This document shows, in pieces, positions 41,006 through 49,679 of a DNA stretch of 64,000 bases; position 1 is the first letter of the stretch; every line of letters begins with the position of its first letter. Source of the stretch: Telluria sp. (GTDB taxonomy: Bacteria; Pseudomonadota; Gammaproteobacteria; Burkholderiales; Burkholderiaceae_D). The stretch covers positions 11,399-75,398 of the forward strand of contig DASWMN010000003.1 in NCBI GenBank assembly GCA_036399735.1, in the 5' to 3' direction. The notes below the pieces were generated by a model. It saw nothing but the letters and a program-made list of their open reading frames with translations, searched no databases and was not told where the DNA came from. The position numbers and the translations under genes are program-made.

Positions 41006-41893
41006 TCAAGTGCGTGGCTGGAAACGGATAATCGCCTCCCCTGCCCGCGTGACGCGCGGCGCGGGCCGGAACGCATGGCCGTAAATGACTTCAAAGGTCA
41101 GCGCCAGCTTGCCGTCGGCCCGGCGCTGTGCTTCCAGCGCCTGCAGCAGGCGCTGCCAGGCGGCGCGCCCGGCCAGGCCGCGCGCGCGGGTAGCCAGCGG
41201 GTTGCCGCCCAGGGCACGCACATCGGCCAGCAAGGCTTGGGGCGTATCGTAGGTGACCGTGATGACCTCCATATCCATGACCGGGGTGGAAAAGCCGGCC
41301 TCGACCAGCTGATCGCCGAAGTCGTGCATGTCGACAAAGGGCAGGACATGCGGCGACTCGTCCATGGCGCCAAACGCCGTGCGCAACTCGCGCAAGGTAT
41401 CCGGGCCAAAATTGGAAAACATGAGCAAACCGTCTACCCGTAGCACGCGCCGCCATTCCGTAAACACACGGTCAGGCTGCGGGTGCCAGTGCAGCGCAAG
41501 GTTCGACCACACCAGATCGACCGAGTTCGGGCCGAGCGGGAGATTGCCGAAATCGCCGCACAGCAGGTCGATCCCGGCCTTGGCCGGCAGCAGCCGTCCC
41601 AGCAATTGATTCAGCGCCCCGGGCGCCGGCGCGGCCGTGGCCGCCGCCAGCGTCATGGCATGGGCGGCATCGAGCCCCAGCACCTGGGCCGCCGGATAAG
41701 CACGCTGCAAGGGTGCCAGATCGGCCCCGCTGCCGCAGCCGGCGTCGAGCACGCGGGCCGGCGCCACCTTGATCAGCTCGCGCCGTTCATGCATGCGCGC
41801 GGCAATTTCGCGGCGCAAGAAATCGGCCGTGGCCACGCGGGCCGGACGCGCAAACAGCGCGCGCACGCGCGCCAGGTCGATCGGCGCGCTCAT
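41006..41893 (-). CDS. BioC-like SAM-dependent methyltransferase
   Basis: VLDAGCGSG, DLVWSNLALHW, FGPDTLREL, DMHDFGDQL and TFEVIYGHA. Divergent from comF. Start is 41893 or 41920. Confidence 0.88.
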   Translation of the reverse strand: MSAPIDLARVRALFARPARVATADFLRREIAARMHERRELIKVAPARVLDAGCGSGADLAPLQRAYPAAQVLGLDAAHAMTLAAATAAPAPGALNQLLGRLLPAKAGIDLLCGDFGNLPLGPNSVDLVWSNLALHWHPQPDRVFTEWRRVLRVDGLLMFSNFGPDTLRELRTAFGAMDESPHVLPFVDMHDFGDQLVEAGFSTPVMDMEVITVTYDTPQALLADVRALGGNPLATRARGLAGRAAWQRLLQALEAQRRADGKLALTFEVIYGHAFRPAPRVTRAGEAIIRFQPRT

Positions 41894-41987
41894 TTTGGAC
41901 GGAGCTTGAGGAGAAGACATGATGTTGGCGCTGGCGTGAAGGCAGACGGGTGGCGCTGAAATGCGATAATGCCAGCAGTGTACCCGT

Positions 41988-42761
41988 TTGTTGGAAATCG
42001 AGCCGATGAGCCACCGCCCGCACGGCTGGGCCACGCGCTGGCCCTTGCGGCTGGCGCGCGGCCTGGCCGCCTCCCTGCTGCCCAATTCCTGCGCCCTGTG
42101 CGGGCTGGACAGCGACGCCGCCGTGTGCGGGCCCTGCCAGGCGGGCTTTCTGGCGCCCGGCCCGGCGCGCTGCCGCCGCTGCGCCAATCCGCTGGCCGCG
42201 GCCGACGCGCGCTGGCCCTGCGCCACCTGCCAGAGTACGCCGCCGGCGTTTGACGCCACCTTTGCCGCGGCCGACTACGCGGCCCCGCTCGACCAGCTGG
42301 TACTGCAACTGAAATTTGGGGGCTGCCTGGCGCTGGCGCCGTGGATGGGGCGCCGCCTGGGCCAGGCCGTGCTGGCACAGGGGACCCAGGCGCTGCCGAA
42401 TCTGCTGTGCCCGGTGCCGCTGGGACCGCTGCGCCTGGTCGAGCGCGGCTTCAACCAGGCGCTGGAAATTGCCCGCCCGCTGGCACGCACGCTCGGGGTC
42501 CCGCTGCGGGCCCAGCTGGCCATGCGGGCGCTGGAAACCCAGGCCCAGTCGGGCGTGGCGCCAGCCGAACGGCGCCGGAACATCCGCCACGCGTTTATTG
42601 TGGCGCCGGACGCCCTGGCCCTGGTGCGCGGCCAGCACATTGGCGTGGTGGACGATGTGATGACCAGCGGCGCCACCCTGAACGAACTGGCGCGCACCTT
42701 CAAACGCTTTGGCGCCGCGCGCGTGAGCAATTTTGTGTTTGCCCGCACGCCGCCGCATTAA
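41988..42761 (+). CDS. comF: ComF family protein (Zn-finger + PRTase)
   Basis: CALC..C..C and CRRC..CATC motifs, ERGFNQA and VVDDVMTSGATL. Confidence 0.9.
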   Translation: MLEIEPMSHRPHGWATRWPLRLARGLAASLLPNSCALCGLDSDAAVCGPCQAGFLAPGPARCRRCANPLAAADARWPCATCQSTPPAFDATFAAADYAAPLDQLVLQLKFGGCLALAPWMGRRLGQAVLAQGTQALPNLLCPVPLGPLRLVERGFNQALEIARPLARTLGVPLRAQLAMRALETQAQSGVAPAERRRNIRHAFIVAPDALALVRGQHIGVVDDVMTSGATLNELARTFKRFGAARVSNFVFARTPPH

Positions 42762-42776
42762 TTTGATTACAGGAGA

Positions 42777-43253
42777 ATGACTTTGTTCCACGTCGTACTG
42801 GTAGAACCCGAAATCCCGCCCAACACCGGCAATGTGATCCGCCTGTGCGCCAACACGGGCGCCCAGCTGCACCTGATCGAGCCGCTCGGCTTTCCGCTGG
42901 ACGACGCCAAGATGAAGCGCGCCGGCCTCGACTACCACGACTATGCCAGCATGAAGGTGCACAAGAATTGGGATGCCTTCCTGGCCGACTGCCAGCCCGA
43001 TCCGGCCCGCATGTTCGCCCTGACCACGCACGGCTCGGCCCCCTTTGCCGAGGCCGCCTTCCGTCCGGGCGATGTGTTTGTGTTCGGCTCGGAAACGCGC
43101 GGCCTGGCGCCCGATTTGCGCAACAGCTTCCCCGCGGCCCAGCGCATCCGCCTGCCGATGCGCCCGGACAACCGCAGCTTGAACCTGTCGAATACGGTCG
43201 CCGTGGTGGTATTCGAGGCCTGGCGCCAGAACAGCTACGCCGGTGGTGCCTGA
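42777..43253 (+). CDS. trmL: tRNA (cytidine(34)-2'-O)-methyltransferase
   Basis: EPEIPPNTGNVIRLCANTG, RAGLDY, FGSETRGL and RSLNLSN. Confidence 0.96.
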   Translation: MTLFHVVLVEPEIPPNTGNVIRLCANTGAQLHLIEPLGFPLDDAKMKRAGLDYHDYASMKVHKNWDAFLADCQPDPARMFALTTHGSAPFAEAAFRPGDVFVFGSETRGLAPDLRNSFPAAQRIRLPMRPDNRSLNLSNTVAVVVFEAWRQNSYAGGA

Positions 43254-43403
43254 ATCACCACAGCGTGACACACCAGGTGGCGCGCACGTGACAATTCAAT
43301 AGTATCCGCGGGTCTTTTTGGCCTATCCTGAACCGTTATCAAAATAATATGCATGGCTTGCCACCATGCCAGTGATTTTGATCAAGACGCAGGAGAGAAC
43401 GCC

Positions 43404-46400
43404 ATGACAGCCGCTTACACCAGCAGCCAGGCCGCCGACATCCAACGCAAGCTGGCCAGCATTGCCGACCAGTTCAGCGGCCCGCTGCCCGAGGACATCG
43501 CCCAGTTTCTGGCCGGGCCCACCACCTGCGCCGACAGCGCCCTGCTGCGCAGCGCGCTCGCCCGGTTCAACGCCGAATTCTGCAAATACCACGAAGACGA
43601 GCCCGACTACGACGAGCAGGTCTGGCGCGCCCTCGACGCGGTGGCCGGCAGCGTCCAGAACGAGGTCTGGCAGTTCGAACTGGACGGCATCAAGCTGCGC
43701 AAGCCGCCCGCCGGGGTGCGCCCGGCTGACGAAGCGACCGTAATCAGCGCCGCCCACCGCGCCGAACTGGCCGGCCTGGCCTTCTCGGGCGGCGGCATCC
43801 GCAGCGCCACCTTCAACCTGGGCATCCTGCAGGCGCTGGCCGCCAACCGCCTGCTGCGCGATTTCGACTACCTGTCGACCGTGTCCGGCGGCGGCTACAT
43901 CGGGTCCTGGCTGTCGCGCTGGCTGAACAAGGAAAACGACATCGCCATGGTCGAGAGCAAGCTCGCGCCCAAGCCCGAAACCCCGGGCGCGGTGCACGAG
44001 GCGGCCCAGATCACCTTCCTGCGCCAGCACAGCAATTTCCTGACACCCAAGACCGGCATGTTCAGCGCCGATACCTGGTCGATGCTGTCGATCTACGTGC
44101 GCAATACCATGCTCAACCTGACCATGCTGGTGGCATTGCTGGCCGTGGCCATGATGGTGCCGCGCTTGCTGGTGGCCTTGGTGGCCTGGCTCGGGCCCGG
44201 CTTCAAGACCCAGTTCGCGGTGCTGGGCTGGGCTGCCGCGCTGTGGTCGGTGTTCTGCATCGCGCTCAGTATTTCCATCAAGCCCAGCAAGGGCGCGCGC
44301 GACTGGCTGCGCGGCCAGAGCCAGGGCAATGTGATCGCCTTTGTGGTCATCCCGCTGATGCTGGCCGGCTTTGCCGGCAGCATCGCCATCTGGTACGGCA
44401 AAGCTTCCCTGCTGCCGATCTGGGCCCACCTGGGCAGCTTCGATTCTTTCCATCCGGCCTGGCTGTTTTTCCCCGGCACCCTCTACTTCGCCGCCTGGGC
44501 CTGCGGCTGGACCGGCGCCCAGGTCATCAATGCCGGTTCCTGGCGCGGGGCCGACTGGAGCGCGGCGCGGCGCCAGTGGGCCGGCCATTTCGGCTGCGCC
44601 GCCGCGGCCTACGCGATCGGCACCCTGCTGGTGCTGGCCACCCTGAAAGGCGCGCAGCGCCTGGCCATGTTCGACGACGCCGAATACGGCAGCGGCATGC
44701 CGGTGCACCTGGTGGCGCTGGGCATGCCGATCCTGCTGTCGCTGTTCGGCATCACCATGATCCTGTGCATCGGCCTGGTCGGACGCATGTACTCCGAGGC
44801 CAGCCGCGAATGGTGGGCGCGCCAGGGCGCCTGGACCATCATCCTGTCGCTGGCCTGGCTGGGCTTGTGCTGCATGAGCCTGTACGGCCCGCCCCTGGTC
44901 GACTATCTGATGGCCAGCGCGGGCGGCTGGGGCAGCAAGATCATGGCCAGCACCTGGGTCGGCGCCACCATTGCCGGCCTGCTGCTGGGACGGGGCGACG
45001 CGACCGGCAAGCGCGACCGCAAACCCTATTTCGGCCTCATCGCGACACTGGCCCCGGGCGTATTCGCGGCCGGCCTGATGCTGCTGGTGTCGGCGTTTTC
45101 GTTCCGCGCCACGCTGGCGCTGAGCCCGGCCGCGAACCGGCCGATCGAGTCCGGCATCATGGATGCGTACTATGCCAACACCGATTTCATTCCCGCCCAT
45201 ATCACCATCAGCACCCTGGTGCTGCTGCTGGTGGGCGGCTACCTGCTGGCGCGCCGGGTCGACATCAACAAATTCTCGCTGTACATGATGTACCGCAACC
45301 GCCTGACGCGCGCCTTCCTGGGCGCCCACAACAAGGGCCGCACGCCCCACCCCTTCACCGGCTTCGACGAAAACGACGATGTACTGCTGTCGCAGATGCT
45401 GGCCAACCGCGCTGGCCACATGCAGCGGCCCTTCCACATCATCAACACCACCCTGAACATGGTGAGCGGCACCGAGCTGGCCTGGCAGACGCGGCGCGCC
45501 AGCGGCTTTGCCTTTACCCCGGCCTTTTGCGGCTTCGAGCTGCCCGCCATGCCCACCCCGAACGGACGCACAGCGCCATGCGAAGCGGCGCGCGGCTGCT
45601 ACCGCCGCACGCGCGACTACGATACCGAGGGCGAGCTCACCGGCGACGACGATGGCGGCATCAAACTGGGCATGGCCATGGCCGTCTCGGGCGCGGCGGT
45701 CAGCCCGAACATGGGTTACCACTCGGCGCCGGCGCTGGCGTTTCTGCTGACCTTGTTCAACGTGCGCCTGGGGCGCTGGTTCGCCAACCCGCTCTGGCGC
45801 CACTGGAAGAAACGCTCGCCCGAGTTCGGCATGGCGCCGCTGCTGTCCGAAATGTTCGGCATGAGCGACTCCGGCGCGCACTACCTGAGCCTGTCCGACG
45901 GCGGGCACTTCGAAAACCTGGGCATCTACGAGCTGGTGCGGCGGCGCTGCCGCCTGATCGTGGTGGTTGACGCCGGCGCCGACGGCAATCTCCAGTTCGA
46001 TGACCTCGGCAACGCCATCCGCAAGTGCGCCACCGACCTGAACATCCAGATCGATATCGACGTCAGCAAGGTCGATCTGGTCAAGGCCGGCGACTTCAGC
46101 ACCGCTCACTACGCCACCGGCAAGATCCGCTACAGCCAGACCGACAAGCTCGAGCCGGGCGCGCACCCGAACGACAAGGTGGTCGACGGCACGCTGTTCT
46201 ACATCAAGCCCTCGCTGCTGGGCACCGAGCCGGCGGACGTGCTCAACTACCGCAAGAGCAACAAGGATTTCCCGCACCAGACCACGGGCGACCAGTGGTT
46301 CGACGAAACCCAGTTCGAAAGCTATCGCGCGCTCGGTTACCGGATCGGCTCGCTCGCCTTCCGCCAGGCGGCCGAGGCCGTGGTCCCGGCCGGGAAGGAA

Positions 46401-46514
46401 AACCGCATCAGCGATATCTGCGCCATCTTCGAAGGTATTTTCGGCAATGGTGCCCCGGCGCGCCACCATTTGCACGTGGTGCCCAAACGCCCCGGCAGCC
46501 GGCGCCAGAACTGA
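43404..46514 (+). CDS. Large polytopic membrane phospholipase (patatin/cPLA2-like)
   Basis: RBS AGGAGA at 43391. Motifs FSGGGIRS (43782-43805), STVSGGG (Ser codon 43884) and SDGGHFENLG (Asp codon 45897), with about 10-11 hydrophobic segments in between. Confidence 0.85.
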   Translation: MTAAYTSSQAADIQRKLASIADQFSGPLPEDIAQFLAGPTTCADSALLRSALARFNAEFCKYHEDEPDYDEQVWRALDAVAGSVQNEVWQFELDGIKLRKPPAGVRPADEATVISAAHRAELAGLAFSGGGIRSATFNLGILQALAANRLLRDFDYLSTVSGGGYIGSWLSRWLNKENDIAMVESKLAPKPETPGAVHEAAQITFLRQHSNFLTPKTGMFSADTWSMLSIYVRNTMLNLTMLVALLAVAMMVPRLLVALVAWLGPGFKTQFAVLGWAAALWSVFCIALSISIKPSKGARDWLRGQSQGNVIAFVVIPLMLAGFAGSIAIWYGKASLLPIWAHLGSFDSFHPAWLFFPGTLYFAAWACGWTGAQVINAGSWRGADWSAARRQWAGHFGCAAAAYAIGTLLVLATLKGAQRLAMFDDAEYGSGMPVHLVALGMPILLSLFGITMILCIGLVGRMYSEASREWWARQGAWTIILSLAWLGLCCMSLYGPPLVDYLMASAGGWGSKIMASTWVGATIAGLLLGRGDATGKRDRKPYFGLIATLAPGVFAAGLMLLVSAFSFRATLALSPAANRPIESGIMDAYYANTDFIPAHITISTLVLLLVGGYLLARRVDINKFSLYMMYRNRLTRAFLGAHNKGRTPHPFTGFDENDDVLLSQMLANRAGHMQRPFHIINTTLNMVSGTELAWQTRRASGFAFTPAFCGFELPAMPTPNGRTAPCEAARGCYRRTRDYDTEGELTGDDDGGIKLGMAMAVSGAAVSPNMGYHSAPALAFLLTLFNVRLGRWFANPLWRHWKKRSPEFGMAPLLSEMFGMSDSGAHYLSLSDGGHFENLGIYELVRRRCRLIVVVDAGADGNLQFDDLGNAIRKCATDLNIQIDIDVSKVDLVKAGDFSTAHYATGKIRYSQTDKLEPGAHPNDKVVDGTLFYIKPSLLGTEPADVLNYRKSNKDFPHQTTGDQWFDETQFESYRALGYRIGSLAFRQAAEAVVPAGKENRISDICAIFEGIFGNGAPARHHLHVVPKRPGSRRQN

Positions 46515-46622
46515 GCGCAGCGTATGCAAGCCGGGTGCCGGCTTGCACGATTGCCTGCGGCCTGCGGATTTCCGCGCCAGGCTTTATCATCGTAGCAACC
46601 GAGCACAAGCCTCCATGCCGCC

Positions 46623-46910
46623 ATGATCAAGCTCCAACTCCTGCTGCGCCACCCAGGCACCGATCCCGGCATCGATGAAGGCTTGCGTACGGCCCTGGAC
46701 GGCATGGGCCTGTGCGTTACCGGCTGCGGCCGCGCCACCGTGTCGGCCCAGATCGCCCCCGACGCCTTTGCACGGCTGTTCGGGCCGGCGCCCGACAGCA
46801 CGGCCCTGCCCGTGCCCGCCCCGCTGTCCGGCTACATCACGCTGATCACCAGCGCGCCGCCCCACTGTGTGACCACCGATTCTCAGAAAGGGAAACATGG
46901 AGCCATTTAA
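46623..46910 (+). CDS. Standalone protease-propeptide-like protein
   Basis: 95 aa. LRTALDGMGLCVTGCGRATVSAQIAPDAFARLFG aligns by eye with AIEALRQHGFVVSGRGRMTVSVRGSVALFERVFG in the next gene. Overlaps that gene by 14 bp. Confidence 0.7.
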   Translation: MIKLQLLLRHPGTDPGIDEGLRTALDGMGLCVTGCGRATVSAQIAPDAFARLFGPAPDSTALPVPAPLSGYITLITSAPPHCVTTDSQKGKHGAI

Positions 46911-48381
46911 GCTAAGCCAAAGCTATCCGCCCGCCGGCGCCGCCGCCCCGGCCGATGCCGTCCTGCGCATCGCCGTCACGTTCAAGGGCCGCACCCGCAC
47001 CGGGCCCACCAAGATCCCGGCCCGCCTGTCCTCGAACAGCATCGTCAGCTTCGAACCCGAGCCGGGCGAAATGGAAACGGCGATCGAGGCGCTGCGCCAG
47101 CACGGCTTCGTGGTGTCCGGGCGCGGCCGCATGACAGTGTCGGTGCGCGGCAGCGTGGCCTTGTTCGAGCGCGTGTTCGGCACCCGCCTGACCACCATCG
47201 CGCTGGACAAGTCGCTGTGCTACTCCAGTCCCTGCGTGTATTACCCGCCCGAGGGTGCCCCCTGGAACCCGGACCCGGTCCTGTTCCAGCTGATCGACGA
47301 CGCGTATATCCAGTGGCCGCACATCTATCTGTCCGACCCGCTGCTCAGCGCCCGTCCGCCGGAAGTCGACTACTATCACCTTGATGTGCTCAACGACGTG
47401 CCGGCCAAGCTGAACGTGCCGCCGATTCACCGCGAACGCCACCAGGGCGAAGGGATCCGGGTCGCCATGATCGACACCGGCTTCGACCACACGCACCCCT
47501 TCTTTACCCGCAATGGCTTTACCTCCTCGGTGGTGCTGGCGCCGTCGGCCTCGAACCGGGCAACCGATCCGGGCAGCCACGGCACGGGCGAGTCGGCCAA
47601 CGTGTTTGCAATCGCGCCGAAAGTCACCTTCATCGGCGTCAAGCTGGGCGACGACGCCGATCCGCAAGGCGGCGCCAGTATTCTGGAAGGCTTCCAGGAA
47701 GCGCTCAAGCACAAGCCGCATGTGATCACCGTGAGCATGTGCTACGACCTGCGCGAGCAGGACGGGCGCACCGGACTGGACGCCCTGCCGAACGGGCTCA
47801 AGCCGCTGGAAGCGGAGATCCAGGCCGCCATCGCCGCCGGCATCGTGGTGGTGTTCGCCGCCGGTAACGGCCACTACGCCTTCCCCGCCGCCATGCCGGA
47901 AGTGATCAGCGTGGGCGGCGCCTTTGTGGGCGAAGACGGCGCCATGCGCGCCTCCGACTATGCCTCGGCTTTCACCAGTGCCATCTATTCCGGCCGCCAT
48001 GTGCCCGATGTGTGCGGACTGGTCGGCTTGCTGCCGTTTGGCGACTACATCATGCTGCCGGTACCGGCCGGCGGCGCCATCGATATCAGCAATGCCGCGC
48101 ACGATGGCACCACCTCAGGCGACGGCTGGGCCGTGTTCAGCGGCACCTCGGCCGCGGCGCCGCAGATTGCCGCCGTGTGCGCGCTGCTGCTGCAGAAAAA
48201 TCCCGCGCTCACGCCCGCGGACATCAAGGCCTTGCTGACCCGCACGGCGGTCGATGTGCGCGAAGGGGCGGCCAATCCGTCCAGCGACCCGGAAGGGGTC
48301 GGCATCAAGGCCGGCCCGGGCATCGATGGCGCCACCGGCGCCGGCCTGGTCGATGCCCACGCCGCCTGGCTGCAGGCCTGA
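46897..48381 (+). CDS. S8 (subtilisin-family) serine peptidase, no signal peptide
   Basis: Triad MIDTG (D193), GSHGT (H228), FSGTSAAAP (S418) and oxyanion AAGN (N324). RBS AAGGGA. Confidence 0.92.
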   Translation: MEPFKLSQSYPPAGAAAPADAVLRIAVTFKGRTRTGPTKIPARLSSNSIVSFEPEPGEMETAIEALRQHGFVVSGRGRMTVSVRGSVALFERVFGTRLTTIALDKSLCYSSPCVYYPPEGAPWNPDPVLFQLIDDAYIQWPHIYLSDPLLSARPPEVDYYHLDVLNDVPAKLNVPPIHRERHQGEGIRVAMIDTGFDHTHPFFTRNGFTSSVVLAPSASNRATDPGSHGTGESANVFAIAPKVTFIGVKLGDDADPQGGASILEGFQEALKHKPHVITVSMCYDLREQDGRTGLDALPNGLKPLEAEIQAAIAAGIVVVFAAGNGHYAFPAAMPEVISVGGAFVGEDGAMRASDYASAFTSAIYSGRHVPDVCGLVGLLPFGDYIMLPVPAGGAIDISNAAHDGTTSGDGWAVFSGTSAAAPQIAAVCALLLQKNPALTPADIKALLTRTAVDVREGAANPSSDPEGVGIKAGPGIDGATGAGLVDAHAAWLQA

Positions 48382-48404
48382 GCAGCGGATTTGCGGATTT
48401 GCCA

Positions 48405-48432
48405 CAAAGGGCGGCTTGCCAGCCGCCCTTTG
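48405..48432. terminator. Hairpin terminator after S8 peptidase
   Basis: CAAAGGGCGGCT-tgcc-AGCCGCCCTTTG. Confidence 0.75.
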
Positions 48433-48433
48433 C

Positions 48434-48472
48434 TTGCATTGAAGTAACAGGTAATACTATAATGTAATTACA
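48434..48472 (+). promoter_or_regulatory. Sigma70-like promoter with overlapping palindrome
   Basis: TTGCAT (48434-48439), an 18-bp spacer and TATAAT (48458-48463). The palindrome TGTAATTACA spans 48463-48472. Confidence 0.6.
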
Positions 48473-48563
48473 CCGCCGCACCCAGGACGCCCGCGGCACC
48501 TCTACCTGAATCCCGCATTCCCGTGCTGTTGGCACAGGCACGCCCGTTACATTAGAAGACTAC

Positions 48564-49670
48564 ATGTTCCCGTCCATCCGAAAACTCGGCCTGATTTGTG
48601 CCGTCGTCGCGTCCGCTTGTGCGGCCTCCTGCCTTGCCGCTGACAACAGCGTGACGGAAGCGGCCCAGCCGGTCCCGGTCGCGGTAACGCCGGCGGCGCT
48701 CCCGGTGGCCCAGCGCTTTGACAGCAGAGGGCCGGCGCCGATTATTGTCAGTTTCTTCAACATCAACGAAGAAAAAGTGGATACCTTGCGCCTCGTCACG
48801 CGCACCCACGTTGTCGGCGCCAATATCGCGTTTGCCGCGATCGGTGCCGTGCTTGGTGCGAACGGCGTGCCCACGACGGTCCAGTTCGGGGAAAAAAAAG
48901 AGTTTTATGGTGACGAGATCACCGATGCCAGCAGCGCGAGCAGATTGCGCAGTCCTTTCCGCGTGGCCTTGCCAGCCGCACTGGACCAACAAATCATGGC
49001 GCTTGCCGAAGCGGAGAGTGTGGAAGCCGGTCCTGTCTCTTTGAAGAAAACGCTGAGGATCGAGCCGCGCGAATGGCATCTTGTCTACAACGAGCTCAAC
49101 GCCGACAAGGAGAACGAGGATGCCTATGTACTGCGCTTTGCCGCCTATTTTTCCAAGGAAGTGGAAGGCGAAGAAAGCGCATTCCTGAGGAAGGCGCGCA
49201 GCATCGGCCGGTCTTGTCTGTATGTTTCAAAGCCACAGCCCCTGGCCGCCTGGAAACAGAACGACTACGATGCCATCCAAGCGGAAGGAAAACGCGCGCT
49301 CGAGAGCTGCATCGACCAGTTGACGCCCTCCCTGCCCGCTTTCCTCGGATTCGATTCCAACTCCAAAATCCGTATTGCCCAACTCAATTGCAAGACGAAC
49401 TTGAAACAGTGCGTCGCCGAAGCCGACACGGCTGCCGAACCGGATGAGACCAAGAAGCTGTGCAAGACCGAATACAAGCAGTGCATCAGCACCGACGTCA
49501 AACCCATGATCGACATGACGCCGCTGGGCCAATGCAAAGTGACTCTGGCCGCTTGCAAAGCCAGCGTGATCGACAAGGCGCGCGTAGCCAATCCGGACGA
49601 AAAAGCACCACGCTCCGCGTTTGTACCCTGCTCGCTTGAATACAAGGCTTGTGTGCAGGCGACCAAGTAA
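48564..49670 (+). CDS. Exported hypothetical protein with four C-terminal CX6C repeats
   Basis: Signal-peptide-like N-terminus. Repeats are CKTNLKQC, CKTEYKQC, CKVTLAAC and CSLEYKAC. Confidence 0.75.
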   Translation: MFPSIRKLGLICAVVASACAASCLAADNSVTEAAQPVPVAVTPAALPVAQRFDSRGPAPIIVSFFNINEEKVDTLRLVTRTHVVGANIAFAAIGAVLGANGVPTTVQFGEKKEFYGDEITDASSASRLRSPFRVALPAALDQQIMALAEAESVEAGPVSLKKTLRIEPREWHLVYNELNADKENEDAYVLRFAAYFSKEVEGEESAFLRKARSIGRSCLYVSKPQPLAAWKQNDYDAIQAEGKRALESCIDQLTPSLPAFLGFDSNSKIRIAQLNCKTNLKQCVAEADTAAEPDETKKLCKTEYKQCISTDVKPMIDMTPLGQCKVTLAACKASVIDKARVANPDEKAPRSAFVPCSLEYKACVQATK

Positions 49671-49679
49671 GCCGGCGGC

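Noticed and set aside
43323-46529. 1068-aa minus-strand ORF overlapping the phospholipase
   Set aside because: It is an antisense shadow of a GC3-rich gene with no motifs. The plus strand has the RBS and catalytic motifs.
46525-46547. Hairpin TGCAAGCCGG-gtg-CCGGCTTGCA as a terminator
   Set aside because: There is no U-tract, so it could be an mRNA-stabilising stem. It is recorded as a caveat rather than a feature.
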